Shown: positions 1 through 9,581 of the stretch, piece after piece
Numbering within the stretch: position 1 is the stretch's first letter
Layout of the letters: every line of letters starts with the position of its first letter
IMG/VR virus record: IMGVR_UViG_3300046170_000323
DNA from: a virus
Lineage: Duplodnaviria; Caudoviricetes
Length of the DNA stretch: 64,000 bases
Direction: 5' to 3' (one strand)
The notes under the pieces: model-generated
Database searches by the model: none
What the model was told of the DNA's origin: nothing
Seen by the model: only the letters and a program-made list of their open reading frames with translations
Made by a program: the position numbers and the translations under genes

Positions 1-1
1 A

Positions 2-577
2 TACAAAACTGATCTTGATGAGTTGGTTAAACATAAAGAACGTATGCCATGGAAGAGTCTGCGTAATCAGTTGAAGAAGACTGGTATCAGAAACTCTACT
101 CTGATGGCGTTGATGCCTAGTGAAACAAGTGCGCAGGTTGCAAATGCGACGAATGGTATCGAACCACCTCGTTCATTGATTTCAGTAAAACAGTCAAAAC
201 ATGGCGTTTTGAAACAAGTTGTGCCTGAGTACAAAAGATTAAAGAATAAATATGATCTCCTATGGGATCAAAAGTCTCCTGTAGGTTACCTTAAAATTAT
301 GGCTGTACTACAGAAATATATTGACCAAGGTATTAGTATCAACACCAGTTATAACCCTATCTTCTCAGAGAATGAAAAAATCTCTATGAGTGAGATGTTG
401 CAACACGTATTAATGTTTTACAAGTACGGTGGAAAACAACTGTACTACTTCAATACGTATGACGGTCAGGGCGAAGTTGATGTCGACAAGATGATGCAAG
501 AGACACCGATAGAACGATCTGAGTTCGAAGGTTCGGACGAAGAATATGACGATTATTGCGAAAGCTGCACGATATAG
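2..577 (+). CDS. nrdA: Ribonucleotide reductase class Ia alpha subunit, C-terminal fragment (5' end outside window)
   Basis: Frame open from position 2; motifs RNSTLMALMPSETS, NATNGIEPPR, IDQGIS; C-terminal CESC redox pair. Confidence 0.97.
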   Translation, partial: YKTDLDELVKHKERMPWKSLRNQLKKTGIRNSTLMALMPSETSAQVANATNGIEPPRSLISVKQSKHGVLKQVVPEYKRLKNKYDLLWDQKSPVGYLKIMAVLQKYIDQGISINTSYNPIFSENEKISMSEMLQHVLMFYKYGGKQLYYFNTYDGQGEVDVDKMMQETPIERSEFEGSDEEYDDYCESCTI

Positions 578-587
578 GGAAAAAGAA

Positions 588-1721
588 ATGGGCGTTTTTG
601 ACACACAAAACAAAGCAGATCACACAAAAGTAAAAATGTTTTTGGATCCCACAGGGGGCCCAACCATTCAACGTTATGATCAGTTGAAATACAAATCCTT
701 TGATAAACTGACTGATAGTCAACTTGGTTTCTTCTGGCGTCCAGAGGAAGTTGATATCTATAAGGATGCAAAGGACTTCAAAAGTCTTACTGAACATGAA
801 CAACATATTTTTACAAGTAACCTAAAGAGACAGATCCTATTGGACTCTGTACAAGGTCGTGCGCCCGTAGAGGCGTTCGCACCTATTGTAAGTTTACCAG
901 AGATTGAGAACTGGATACAGACATGGACATTCTCTGAGACAATCCACAGTCGTTCGTACACACACATCATTCGTAACGTGTACAGCAACCCAAGTAAAGT
1001 CTTTGATGAACTTATGGACATCCAAGAGATTGTTGAATGTGCAGATGATATCTCTCACTATTACGATAAATTAATTGAAATGAGTATGTGGTACAACTTG
1101 TTAGGTGAAGGTACACATCAGATTAATGGCACACGTAATGTGAAAGTAGATCTCTACGAACTGAAAAAACTTCTTTGGTTGACATTGATGAGTGTGAACA
1201 TTCTTGAAGGCGTACGTTTTTACGTATCTTTTGCATGTTCATGGGCATTCGCAGAACTCAAGAAGATGGAAGGTAATGCGAAGATCATTAAGTTGATTGC
1301 ACGTGATGAGAACCTTCACTTGGGTTCTACTCAGTTGATGTTACGTACACTCAAGAATAAAGACGATCCAGACTTTGCAAAGATCGCAGAAGAAACAAAA
1401 GACGAATGTATTAAAATGTTCGTCGACGCAGTAGACCAAGAGAAAGCATGGGCTAACTATTTGTTTAAAGATGGTTCCATGATTGGTCTTAACGCAGCCT
1501 TACTAAGTGATTATATTGAGTATATCTGCACTCGACGTATGAAACACGTTGATCTTGAATCTCCTTACAATGTTAAAAACAATCCTCTTCCTTGGACACA
1601 GAAGTGGATCTCAGGTGCAGAAGTCCAAGTCGCACCACAAGAGACAGAGATTACATCTTATGTTTCTGGTGGAACTAAACAAGACGTATCAGAGGAAACA
1701 TTCAAGGGGTTCAGCTTATGA
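588..1721 (+). CDS. nrdB: Ribonucleotide reductase class Ia beta subunit
   Basis: FFWRPEEV, DSVQGR, ETIHSRSY, EGVRFYVSF, IARDENLH motifs; ATG at 588 chosen over upstream ORF start. Confidence 0.97.
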   Translation: MGVFDTQNKADHTKVKMFLDPTGGPTIQRYDQLKYKSFDKLTDSQLGFFWRPEEVDIYKDAKDFKSLTEHEQHIFTSNLKRQILLDSVQGRAPVEAFAPIVSLPEIENWIQTWTFSETIHSRSYTHIIRNVYSNPSKVFDELMDIQEIVECADDISHYYDKLIEMSMWYNLLGEGTHQINGTRNVKVDLYELKKLLWLTLMSVNILEGVRFYVSFACSWAFAELKKMEGNAKIIKLIARDENLHLGSTQLMLRTLKNKDDPDFAKIAEETKDECIKMFVDAVDQEKAWANYLFKDGSMIGLNAALLSDYIEYICTRRMKHVDLESPYNVKNNPLPWTQKWISGAEVQVAPQETEITSYVSGGTKQDVSEETFKGFSL

Positions 1722-1948
1722 CAGTAGAAATATACGGTAAAGACAATTGTGCATATTGCACGAAGGCAATTAATCTTGCGGAAATTCAACATATGAATTT
1801 TACCTATAAGAAACTTGGTGTGGACTTTAATCGTGACGAAATGTTATCCATGTTCCCATCTGCAAGAACTTTCCCTCAAATTAAAGTTGATGGACATTCG
1901 ATTGGTGGGTATGAACAGTTCATGGAGTATGTCAAGAAGGCAGCCTAA
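1718..1948 (+). CDS. Glutaredoxin (NrdC-like)
   Basis: CAYC motif, RTFPQI, IGGY; directly follows nrdB. Confidence 0.9.
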   Translation: MTVEIYGKDNCAYCTKAINLAEIQHMNFTYKKLGVDFNRDEMLSMFPSARTFPQIKVDGHSIGGYEQFMEYVKKAA

Positions 1949-1987
1949 ATACTTCTAGATATTCTAGAGTAATGGTAAAGCGAAAAA

Positions 1988-3183
1988 ATGATATCAAAAG
2001 ATTATTTTGAAGACGTAATTCATCAATTTAAAACCGAAGGCAAATATAGAGTCTTCAACGATATACTCAGAGAGCGGGGGAAGTTTCCCCGCTCAATTTG
2101 GTATGGAAAATATGCACCAAAAAACATTGTTAACTGGTGTTCTAATGACTATCTCGGCATGGGACAAAATCAATATGTTATTGATGCCATGCATACCGCA
2201 CTAGATCAGACTGGTGCAGGTTCTGGTGGAACCAGAAATATCGGTGGTACATCACATTATCATGTGACACTTGAAGCAGTTCTTGCACAACACCACCAAA
2301 AAGAAGGTGCACTATTATTCTCCAGTGCATATGTTGCAAACGAGTGGTCACTCATTGCACTCAGTCGTATCATCCCCAACATAAGATTTATTTCAGATGA
2401 CAAGAATCATGCCTCATTGATTATGGGTATGAAACATAGTCGTGCGAGTAAGATGGTCTTCAGACATAATAACATGGAAGATCTAGAACACTGTCTCAAA
2501 CTGGCACAAATGGAAAACAAAACTCCATGTGTCGTGTTTGAATCTGTGTATTCTATGGATGGTGACGTAGGGAAAATTGAAGAAATATGTGATCTTGCAG
2601 ATAAATATGGTGCAATCACTTATATCGATGAAGTACATGCAGTGGGTCTATATGGAGACACTGGTGGTGGTTATTGTGAAAAGTTAGGTTTAGTAGAGAG
2701 GGTAGATATTATAAATGGAACACTGGGAAAAGCCTTTGGGGTTCAAGGTGGTTATATTGCTGGGGATAGTATTGTCGTTGACGCTATTAGGGCCTTGGCT
2801 TCTGGGTTCATCTTTACAACAAGTATCTCGCCCGTCATCTGCGCCGGAGCAATCGCCTCAATCAAATATCTCAGTGACCACACTACCATTCGTCAAGTCC
2901 ATCAAGAAAGAGCAAAGCACCCTAAAAGAAATGTTGAAGTACGCAGGCATTCCAGTACATGAGAGTGCGTGTACTCATATCGTTCCTGTGATGGTAAACA
3001 ATGCATTCAAGTGTAAAGAAGCATCTGATGATCTTCTAAATAATCATGGGATTTATATCCAACCTATTAATTATCCTACTGTCGAAGAAGGAACCGAAAG
3101 ATTGCGAATTGCACCAACCCCATTCCATGATGATGTGATGATGGTGGAACTCGTTCAAGCCCTTGAAGAAAGTTTTGTTATGA
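1988..3183 (+). CDS. hemA: 5-aminolevulinate synthase, ~397 aa after repairing two +1 homopolymer insertions (ccc 2920-2922, aaa 3169-3171)
   Basis: [56 protein letters not shown] (PLP Lys), [16 protein letters not shown]; repaired C-terminus ALEEVLL* whose TGA overlaps the next ATG. Confidence 0.92.
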
Positions 3184-3867
3184 TTTATGAAAACAAGTTT
3201 GGTAAGGTAGATATTCTACCAGATCCAGATTTTTGGGATGGACATATTATTGGTATTGCCATGTCAGGCGGTGCAGATAGTCTTATGTTATGTTACCTTG
3301 TTGCAAACACAATCAAGAAACTAAAACTAAATTCTTCTATACAACCTTACAATGGGTATGACATTCATGTACCACATGATTCTAATGCCGCCGTAAAAAC
3401 TCTCCCTACTCTTATCAGAAAATTTCCTACCGTAGATATCAAGTGGCCTATCTCCACAGTGTTTAATTCTAATGGTGAGGATAACAAAATGGATTATATC
3501 ACAAAACTCAGGAAGGCGCTTGCAGGTGCAACGTTCACGAGACACATTACTGGGATAACTCTTGGGCCACCATACAAGGTGCAGAACAGTTGGCCCAAAA
3601 ACGGTGAGTAACCAGAGGATTCGTAGAATACCAAATTACATGAGTGAGTCAGAAAGTGCATGGGATGACTGGCCTTTAGAGACTACTCCATTCAAGAATA
3701 TAGATAAAAGATTTGTAATACAATGTTACAAAGACTTTAAACAAATGAAATTGTTTCATCAAACAGTTTCGTGCACCACACCAACCAATGGAAATAAACC
3801 ATGTGGTAAGTGTTGGTGGGATTACGAGAGGGAATGGGCCCTCAACGAAGTACAGAAAAGATTATAA
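3180..3867 (+). CDS. QueC-like PP-loop ATPase family protein, ~228 aa after repairing +1 at aaaaa 3597-3601
   Basis: IAMSGGADS PP-loop at N-terminus; C-terminal CTTPTNGNKPCGKC-W-ER-WA resembles the QueC zinc motif. Confidence 0.7.
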
Positions 3868-3925
3868 CATGAATCAATTAGAATCAGCATTCTTTGGAAA
3901 GAGGATCTGGGAAAAGGAAAGTAAA

Positions 3926-4345
3926 ATGAGTAAAATTAAAAAGGCGTTTTGGTTTGTCTGTGGTATCCTGTGTTTAGGTATTGCTTATCTGGGAGTTATT
4001 CTGCCAGGCATTCCTTGGAGTACTCCTATTCTAGGTGCAGCGTTCTGTTTCGCAAAGTCTAGTGAGAAGTTCCACAACTGGATCATGAACCACAAGACCT
4101 TTGGCCCGTTTATCACAGAGTGGCAGACTTATAAAGTGTATCCACAAAAGGCAAAGTATTTGATGATGGCAGTAATGTCAACATCCTTGGCGGCAATGTA
4201 TTTCGGTACAGGCAATCCAAAGGCAACCTTATACCTGTTCATCTTGTTCGCATTGATTGTGACATGGGCATGGAGATTTCCTGGCTCAAAAGAAGAGTCG
4301 CAGAGACGAATTGATGCAGGTGAAAAACTGGGTTGGTTTAAATAA
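3926..4345 (+). CDS. YbaN/DUF454 family inner-membrane protein
   Basis: LGIAYLGVILPGIPWSTP..AAFCFAKSSEKFHNW..HKTFGPFI motif; ATG with RBS at 3926. Confidence 0.85.
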   Translation: MSKIKKAFWFVCGILCLGIAYLGVILPGIPWSTPILGAAFCFAKSSEKFHNWIMNHKTFGPFITEWQTYKVYPQKAKYLMMAVMSTSLAAMYFGTGNPKATLYLFILFALIVTWAWRFPGSKEESQRRIDAGEKLGWFK

Positions 4346-4548
4346 TGGATGAGAGGGAGAAAACCATCAGGGACTTGAAGGTTAGGATAGAGGAGTTGCG
4401 TGTTCGTACTGGATACTACAACAACCCACCATCCAAACCCAACACTGATGACATTCCCCCTCTAACACCAAAGAGTCAGGCTCGTAAGAATGTTGCCACA
4501 TCAGAGATGGATTCGTTAAAAGCAAAACTCATGGCAAAAAAGACTTGA
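4345..4548 (+). CDS. Hypothetical protein
   Basis: 67-aa ORF coupled by TAATG overlap. Confidence 0.65.
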   Translation: MDEREKTIRDLKVRIEELRVRTGYYNNPPSKPNTDDIPPLTPKSQARKNVATSEMDSLKAKLMAKKT

Positions 4549-4573
4549 CAAGACTTTTAATGTAGGATATAAT
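4545..4573 (+). promoter_or_regulatory. Sigma70-type promoter
   Basis: TTGACA (4545-4550), 17 bp, TATAAT (4568-4573). Confidence 0.8.
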
Positions 4574-4574
4574 T

Positions 4575-4967
4575 ATGGATGATTTGAAATTTACAACGTG
4601 CGGAGATTTTATGAAAGATCAAGAACAAGACAAATATGCTGTCGTGACAGTCATATCTCAATTCAGGCAACGATATGTAATGCCTGTGAGTAAACTACAG
4701 GAAAAGAATACAACCATTAGTCTGACTGATCATCCAGAACAGATCGTTCCTTGGGCAGAAGATGCAGTCACATGCGAAGAAACAAAAGAGTTCTCTCAAA
4801 AATGGTTGGGTGAACAGATTGTGGATACCTTTATTCTTGATGAAGAAAGAGCTCTTCAGTTGTTTGATCGTGATAATTCATACCTGTTGGAATTGACAAC
4901 GGAAAAGAAATTAGAAAGTATTCAAGATTGTTGGGAGAAAAAGAAAGATGTCAACTCTAAGAAATAA
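4575..4967 (+). CDS. Hypothetical phage protein
   Basis: 130-aa ORF downstream of promoter. Confidence 0.7.
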   Translation: MDDLKFTTCGDFMKDQEQDKYAVVTVISQFRQRYVMPVSKLQEKNTTISLTDHPEQIVPWAEDAVTCEETKEFSQKWLGEQIVDTFILDEERALQLFDRDNSYLLELTTEKKLESIQDCWEKKKDVNSKK

Positions 4968-5146
4968 GTTTCATATGTATTTGGAAAAGTATAAAACGGC
5001 AATTCAGTCAGAAATTGAATTAGGGGCCTGATCACGACGATACTAAGAATTATTTTCTTATAGCTAATCAGACAAAGAAATCGCTTCAATATGATTTGCA
5101 GAAAGCAGAAGAGTATCTAGAAAGTTTGGTGCCAGATGATGGTTGA
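4948..5146 (+). CDS. Hypothetical protein (~65 aa) missed by the ORF track; +1 at gggg 5023-5026
   Basis: MSTLRNKFHMYLEK...ESLVPDDG* after removing one G; fills the apparent gap. Confidence 0.55.
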
Positions 5147-5396
5147 AATTTTTGGAACTCCGAACTGCGTCAACTGTGAGAAGGCGATGCGGATTTCAAA
5201 GGAATATGGATATGACTACGAGTACAAGAACATCACGTATAAAAGATATCGTGACGAACTTGAGTCGTATGTCGGTGTTGCAGAGTATTACGATTTACCA
5301 CTAGTCTTTGTTAATAAAAAGTACGTTGGACATTACTCTGAATGGGCGCAATATATTGAAGATCATATGGGGGGATTCGGGGATCAACCGATTTAA
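5136..5396 (+). CDS. Glutaredoxin-like protein
   Basis: CVNC motif, LPLVFVNKKYVG. Confidence 0.8.
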   Translation: MMVEIFGTPNCVNCEKAMRISKEYGYDYEYKNITYKRYRDELESYVGVAEYYDLPLVFVNKKYVGHYSEWAQYIEDHMGGFGDQPI

Positions 5397-5399
5397 GTT

Positions 5400-5627
5400 A
5401 TGGCAGGTAGAAAACTCAGAGAAGAAGCAGTTGGTGAACTGCAATTAGAAAAGAACGAGTTGGTTAGAGAAAACAAAGATCTCGTTTTTGAAAATGAATT
5501 AATTAGACGACAGAATATTATGTTGATGGAGACATTGGAAGCAGTTGCAACTGATGAAATTATCGCAGATCCTAATGTTCTCTTTCGTCTCAAAACTGTT
5601 TTAAAAAATATTGAGGAAATGCAATGA
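5400..5627 (+). CDS. Hypothetical coiled-coil protein
   Basis: 75-aa ORF in operon. Confidence 0.6.
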   Translation: MAGRKLREEAVGELQLEKNELVRENKDLVFENELIRRQNIMLMETLEAVATDEIIADPNVLFRLKTVLKNIEEMQ

Positions 5628-5842
5628 CGTGGGTATTAGTATTCGTCTATCTTTATGGTGGGGTGTCTTATGCGGAAACGTATGATGAATATCCCTCTAT
5701 GGTTACATGTTTTCAAGCCAGAGAAGAACTTGGTGCGGCCCAATCTGGACGCAGAGGGTATTTTCCAAATGGCCAACAGGCGCTGTGCATTCCGTACGAT
5801 ATCACGGCTGATGGAGTTACTCCATATGAACTAGATGAATAA
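5624..5842 (+). CDS. Hypothetical protein with hydrophobic N-terminus and two Cys
   Basis: 72-aa ORF, ATGA overlaps with neighbours. Confidence 0.6.
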   Translation: MTWVLVFVYLYGGVSYAETYDEYPSMVTCFQAREELGAAQSGRRGYFPNGQQALCIPYDITADGVTPYELDE

Positions 5843-6506
5843 ACTTCCTCAACTCAAAAAAATTCGTCCTCTTACAGACAATCAACAACTAACGTTTGAT
5901 GCTTGGGAAAGAGGAAACAATCTGGTACTTGCAGGATCTGCAGGTACAGGTAAAACCTTCCTTGGATTGTATCTTGCACTGAAAGATGTGTTTGATGGAA
6001 ACACTCCGTATAGGAAGGTTATTGTCGTACGTTCAGTCGTACCTACAAGAGATATGGGATTCTTGCCTGGCGATGAACAGGAAAAGAAAGACGCATACAC
6101 TCGTCCCTACATTGGCATCACTGCAGAACTCTTTGGGAGATCTGATGCATGGTTAGGACTTCAAGTGAGTGAGAAAGTGCAGTTTGAATCCACATCTTTT
6201 ATTAGGGGATTGACGTGGGACGATGCAATCATCGTAGTTGATGAAATGCAGAACCTCAACTTCCACGAACTTGACTCTGTCATAACACGTGTAGGTGAGA
6301 ATACTAAACTCATCCTCTGTGGTGATTATTACCAGTCTGATTTCCACTGGGATACAGACAAAAAAGGGATCAGTAAATTTATCAAGATTATGAAAATGCT
6401 CGATAGGTTTAAAGTGATTGAATTCACATGGGAAGACATCGTAAGATCTGATCTTGTGAAAGATTACATTATGGTTAAAGAACAAATGAAAATAAAAGGA
6501 GTATAA
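5835..6506 (+). CDS. phoH: PhoH family ATPase
   Basis: GSAGTGKT, RSVV..GFLPG, FIRGLTW, VDEMQN, GDYYQSD. Confidence 0.95.
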   Translation: MNKLPQLKKIRPLTDNQQLTFDAWERGNNLVLAGSAGTGKTFLGLYLALKDVFDGNTPYRKVIVVRSVVPTRDMGFLPGDEQEKKDAYTRPYIGITAELFGRSDAWLGLQVSEKVQFESTSFIRGLTWDDAIIVVDEMQNLNFHELDSVITRVGENTKLILCGDYYQSDFHWDTDKKGISKFIKIMKMLDRFKVIEFTWEDIVRSDLVKDYIMVKEQMKIKGV

Positions 6507-6509
6507 TAC

Positions 6510-6614
6510 TTGCAACGCCGTGTAAGAAAGAAAACATCGATTGGCAAATCGGTTCGATCAAAACTTTTACGTAAAGGGAATGTACGTAAAAAATATAGAG
6601 GACAGGGAAAGTAA
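6510..6614 (+). CDS. Small basic peptide (34 aa) ending KKYRGQGK
   Basis: AAGGAG RBS then TTG; stop TAA abuts next ATG. Confidence 0.55.
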   Translation: MQRRVRKKTSIGKSVRSKLLRKGNVRKKYRGQGK

Positions 6615-6815
6615 ATGTTTAGCAAACAGTGCAAGGCTCACTTAGAAGAAGTGGGTGAGACTGGACTTCAACATATGGGGAAGGCACTAAAGATTGCAGT
6701 TACGCTGCAACTACTCGTTCCAGTCGTATTAGTTCATGCAGTCGCACCACGTTTTTTCAAGAAGACTGCTTCAACTGCAATGAAAGATATCGTTAAAGAT
6801 AGGAATAAAACATGA
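6615..6815 (+). CDS. Small hydrophobic protein, DUF6356-like
   Basis: HLEEVGETGLQHM..AL...LVHAVAPRFF..TAS pattern, recalled from marine alphaproteobacterial proteins. Confidence 0.55.
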   Translation: MFSKQCKAHLEEVGETGLQHMGKALKIAVTLQLLVPVVLVHAVAPRFFKKTASTAMKDIVKDRNKT

Positions 6816-6900
6816 CTTTAATTTTTGAAAGAGTGGGCAACACTGTGTACGCACGAGAGTTTGGTTCACACCCTAGTACGAGGTGGGTATATAAAACGTT

Positions 6901-7614
6901 ATGAAACGATTTATCTTCGATGTAGATGGGACACTCACACCTAGTCGTTCAAAGATCAATTCAGAATTTCTGGATTGGTTTCTTGATTTTTGCGACAGAG
7001 AAAAGGTGTGGTTAGTAACTGGTTCTGATTACCCAAAAACTCTTGAGCAGTTGGGTAAAGAACTATGTGAAAAAGTTGTGACTGTTTATAACTGTTCTGG
7101 TAACGATGTCTTCTTTAAAGGAAAACGTGTTAACACTAAATCGTTTGAACCGCCCAAAGAGTTGTATGACTTAATGCATGGGTGGTTACAAAGTAGTTCG
7201 TTTCCATTACGCACAGGTAACCACATCGAAGAACGCAGGGGTACAATCAACTTCAGTATCGTTGGACGTAACTGTACACTGGGTGAAAGAAAACTCTATA
7301 TTAAACATGACGAGGCAACTAGAGAACGTGAGTCTATAGCACTTCAAATTAATATGGAGTTCCCTACTATCACTGCTGCAGTTGGTGGGGAAACAGGAAT
7401 AGACATCTACAGAAAAGGTGGAGACAAGTCGCAAATCCTAGATGACTTCGACGCTCCATATTCTGAGATCTATTTCTTTGGAGATAGGATGGAACAAGGG
7501 GGTAATGACTATCCCCTTTCCGTACATTTGAAATCAAAACAAGTTTTTGCAGTCAAAGACTGGAAAGACACTTGGGAAATACTGAAGACACTAGATAGTA
7601 GCGATAGTCTCTGA
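6901..7614 (+). CDS. Eukaryotic-type phosphomannomutase (HAD IIB)
   Basis: FDVDGTLT, VTGSD, IEERRGTINFSIVGR, GGETGIDI, FFGD...GGNDYPL. Confidence 0.88.
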   Translation: MKRFIFDVDGTLTPSRSKINSEFLDWFLDFCDREKVWLVTGSDYPKTLEQLGKELCEKVVTVYNCSGNDVFFKGKRVNTKSFEPPKELYDLMHGWLQSSSFPLRTGNHIEERRGTINFSIVGRNCTLGERKLYIKHDEATRERESIALQINMEFPTITAAVGGETGIDIYRKGGDKSQILDDFDAPYSEIYFFGDRMEQGGNDYPLSVHLKSKQVFAVKDWKDTWEILKTLDSSDSL

Positions 7615-7917
7615 TAGAGTCCAACCTGCTGCTTCCAACGTTGCTTTGTTTACGTTTGTATCTGCAGGCCATGCACCACGGTAATCATCCCATGCAGAGT
7701 TCAACCAAGTTCTTTCGAACTCCATTGTTTGTGTTGCTTCGGTGTACGTGATTTCAATAAAGAAATCTCCAGTAATAGCTGCAGACTCTAAAGCATTAAG
7801 GTGATCAGAGTCACCACTTGCAATACAGATATCTCTGATCGCTGCAATTGCATCATCTTCGTTGGCGTAATTCACATCACTGGTGTTTACATAAGTCACT
7901 GTTTGTATGACAGACAT
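7591..7917 (-). CDS. Acidic hypothetical protein, probably late/virion-associated
   Basis: 108-aa ORF with AGGAG RBS and upstream TATAAATA. Confidence 0.7.
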   Translation of the reverse strand: MSVIQTVTYVNTSDVNYANEDDAIAAIRDICIASGDSDHLNALESAAITGDFFIEITYTEATQTMEFERTWLNSAWDDYRGAWPADTNVNKATLEAAGWTLSETIATI

Positions 7918-7955
7918 CTTTCATTCTCCTAAACTGGATTGTAAGTTTACATAAG

Positions 7956-7963
7956 TATTTATA
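7956..7963 (-). promoter_or_regulatory. T4-type late promoter
   Basis: TATAAATA on - strand upstream of the 7917 start. Confidence 0.65.
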
Positions 7964-7986
7964 AAAGTAATAAACGGACTACTAAA

Positions 7987-8814
7987 ATGTTTTTCAACCG
8001 CTTCATGCAATTCTCCACCCTGATCACTTCAATTGCAATTGCAGTTGTGGCGGCCTACTTTTCTGTAATAGGTCTCGCAACTATTTTTGCAGGTGCAGAA
8101 CTTGCAGTAATCATAATGGCATCTATATTAGAGTTAGGTAAACTCGTAAGTGCAGTATGGTTGCACATCTACTGGAAGTCAGTAAGTCTTTTCAGTAAAC
8201 TCTATCTCTTACTCGCAGTATTAGTACTTATGCTTATTACGTCAATGGGTATTTTTGGATACTTATCAAAAGCGCATATCGAAACTGGTGCGTCTGGTGG
8301 TGAGTATAAGGCACAGATAGAACGTATTGAAAACAGAATCAATCGTCAAAACACAACTATCGCACGTGCAAATAAAACACTCGACGATCTTGACACTGCA
8401 CTAGACAAGTACAATGAACTTGGTGCAGTTACCAGAGGATTGAATGCACGTAAGGATCAGACAGAACAACGTGCACAGTTGAACGATGCGATTGATGAAG
8501 CGTATAACAAAATCGATGAATACAACGAAGATATCGCAGACATCAAAATCAACATTCGTGCATACGAGGTAGAAGTCGGCCCTATTAAGTATATTGCTGA
8601 ACTCGTCTATGGTGACAGGGCAGAAGAAATGACAGGGGATGCGATTAGATATGTTATGTTACTCATCATCTTCGTATTCGATCCCCTTGCGGTTATCCTA
8701 TTGATCACGTCTACCAAGGCAATCAAAGAACAGAGGAAACCACCAGTGAGACGATCTAAGAAGAACGTCTCTTACATTGACCCTAAAGATATAGTGAAGA
8801 TGGACTCTATTTAA
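7987..8814 (+). CDS. Membrane protein with long coiled coil
   Basis: Three N-terminal hydrophobic segments, heptad region, C-terminal TM (FVFDPLAV). Confidence 0.75.
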   Translation: MFFNRFMQFSTLITSIAIAVVAAYFSVIGLATIFAGAELAVIIMASILELGKLVSAVWLHIYWKSVSLFSKLYLLLAVLVLMLITSMGIFGYLSKAHIETGASGGEYKAQIERIENRINRQNTTIARANKTLDDLDTALDKYNELGAVTRGLNARKDQTEQRAQLNDAIDEAYNKIDEYNEDIADIKINIRAYEVEVGPIKYIAELVYGDRAEEMTGDAIRYVMLLIIFVFDPLAVILLITSTKAIKEQRKPPVRRSKKNVSYIDPKDIVKMDSI

Positions 8815-9552
8815 TGAATGAACATGAATATTATGAATCACTGAGAAATCGTTATCAAACTGCCTGTTTCAAACAAGACCAAATACCAGATAAAGAACTA
8901 ATAGAAAAGATCCTCAAAGAGTCAGTCGAGTCGACGCCTGTATTCAATGGGGATTATCACTATGCAATCGATGTCTTTGGGGCCTGAATATTCGTTCGAC
9001 AAACGAAAGGTTTGTCTGCAAACCATAGAAGATAAACGTTATCGAAAGATGTTTGACAGTCGTAAGAAGGGTGAGTATGGCATTTCTACACTGTATCATG
9101 AGTTATCTTTATTTGAACAACAGATCGAAGATTTTAAAATGAAGGAAAAGGGTTTCAGTGTGTTGGCAAAACATGCTAAAACTATGACCTTCAACATGCA
9201 AGTCATGGCGCCTTATCTCCTTCTCTTCAGATATTCACCAGATCAGTTCATCCACTATGATAAGGAAGAAGGTTCTAAGGCGAAGAAGACAAAGTCAATA
9301 CAGGCGTCCATGACTAATGCATATGCTATTAGTATCATTGCAGATCACTATGGAGTTCAAAGTGGTTTCTGTGGATGTTTCATCCTCAACGACGAAAACG
9401 TAAATGAAGTTTTCTACAATGACGAAGACGTTTGGTTTATGATGGGTCTTGGTTATAAAGAAGATTGGTGTTACAGTGCAGAAGGATCTAAACATCATAG
9501 ACTAAGACAAGAAGAAAAACCCACTCACGACAAGGTGGTGAACTGGGCCTAA
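8814..9552 (+). CDS. Nitroreductase-fold protein, ~245 aa after repairing +1 at gggg 8979-8982
   Basis: N-terminal RYQTACFKQDQIPDKELIEKIL..TP and C-terminal ISIIADHYGVQSGFCGCF resemble nitroreductase motifs. Confidence 0.6.
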
Positions 9553-9581
9553 ATATCTCTATTAGACATGGAGATTTTATT

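Noticed and set aside
2715-3611. ORF suggesting an ALAS-QueC fusion protein
   Set aside because: Removing one A at 3169-3171 gives ALEEVLL* with TGA overlapping the next ATG; the fusion is an artefact of the insertion
3180-3867. 7-deazaguanine DNA modification system
   Set aside because: Only a degenerate QueC-like gene is present; no dpdA, queD, queE or folE in the window
1945-9555. CTAAATA at 1945-1951 and 9549-9555 as late promoters for ALAS and the RuvC-like gene
   Set aside because: They mismatch the TATAAATA used elsewhere and both include the upstream TAA stop, so chance is plausible; TSS data are needed
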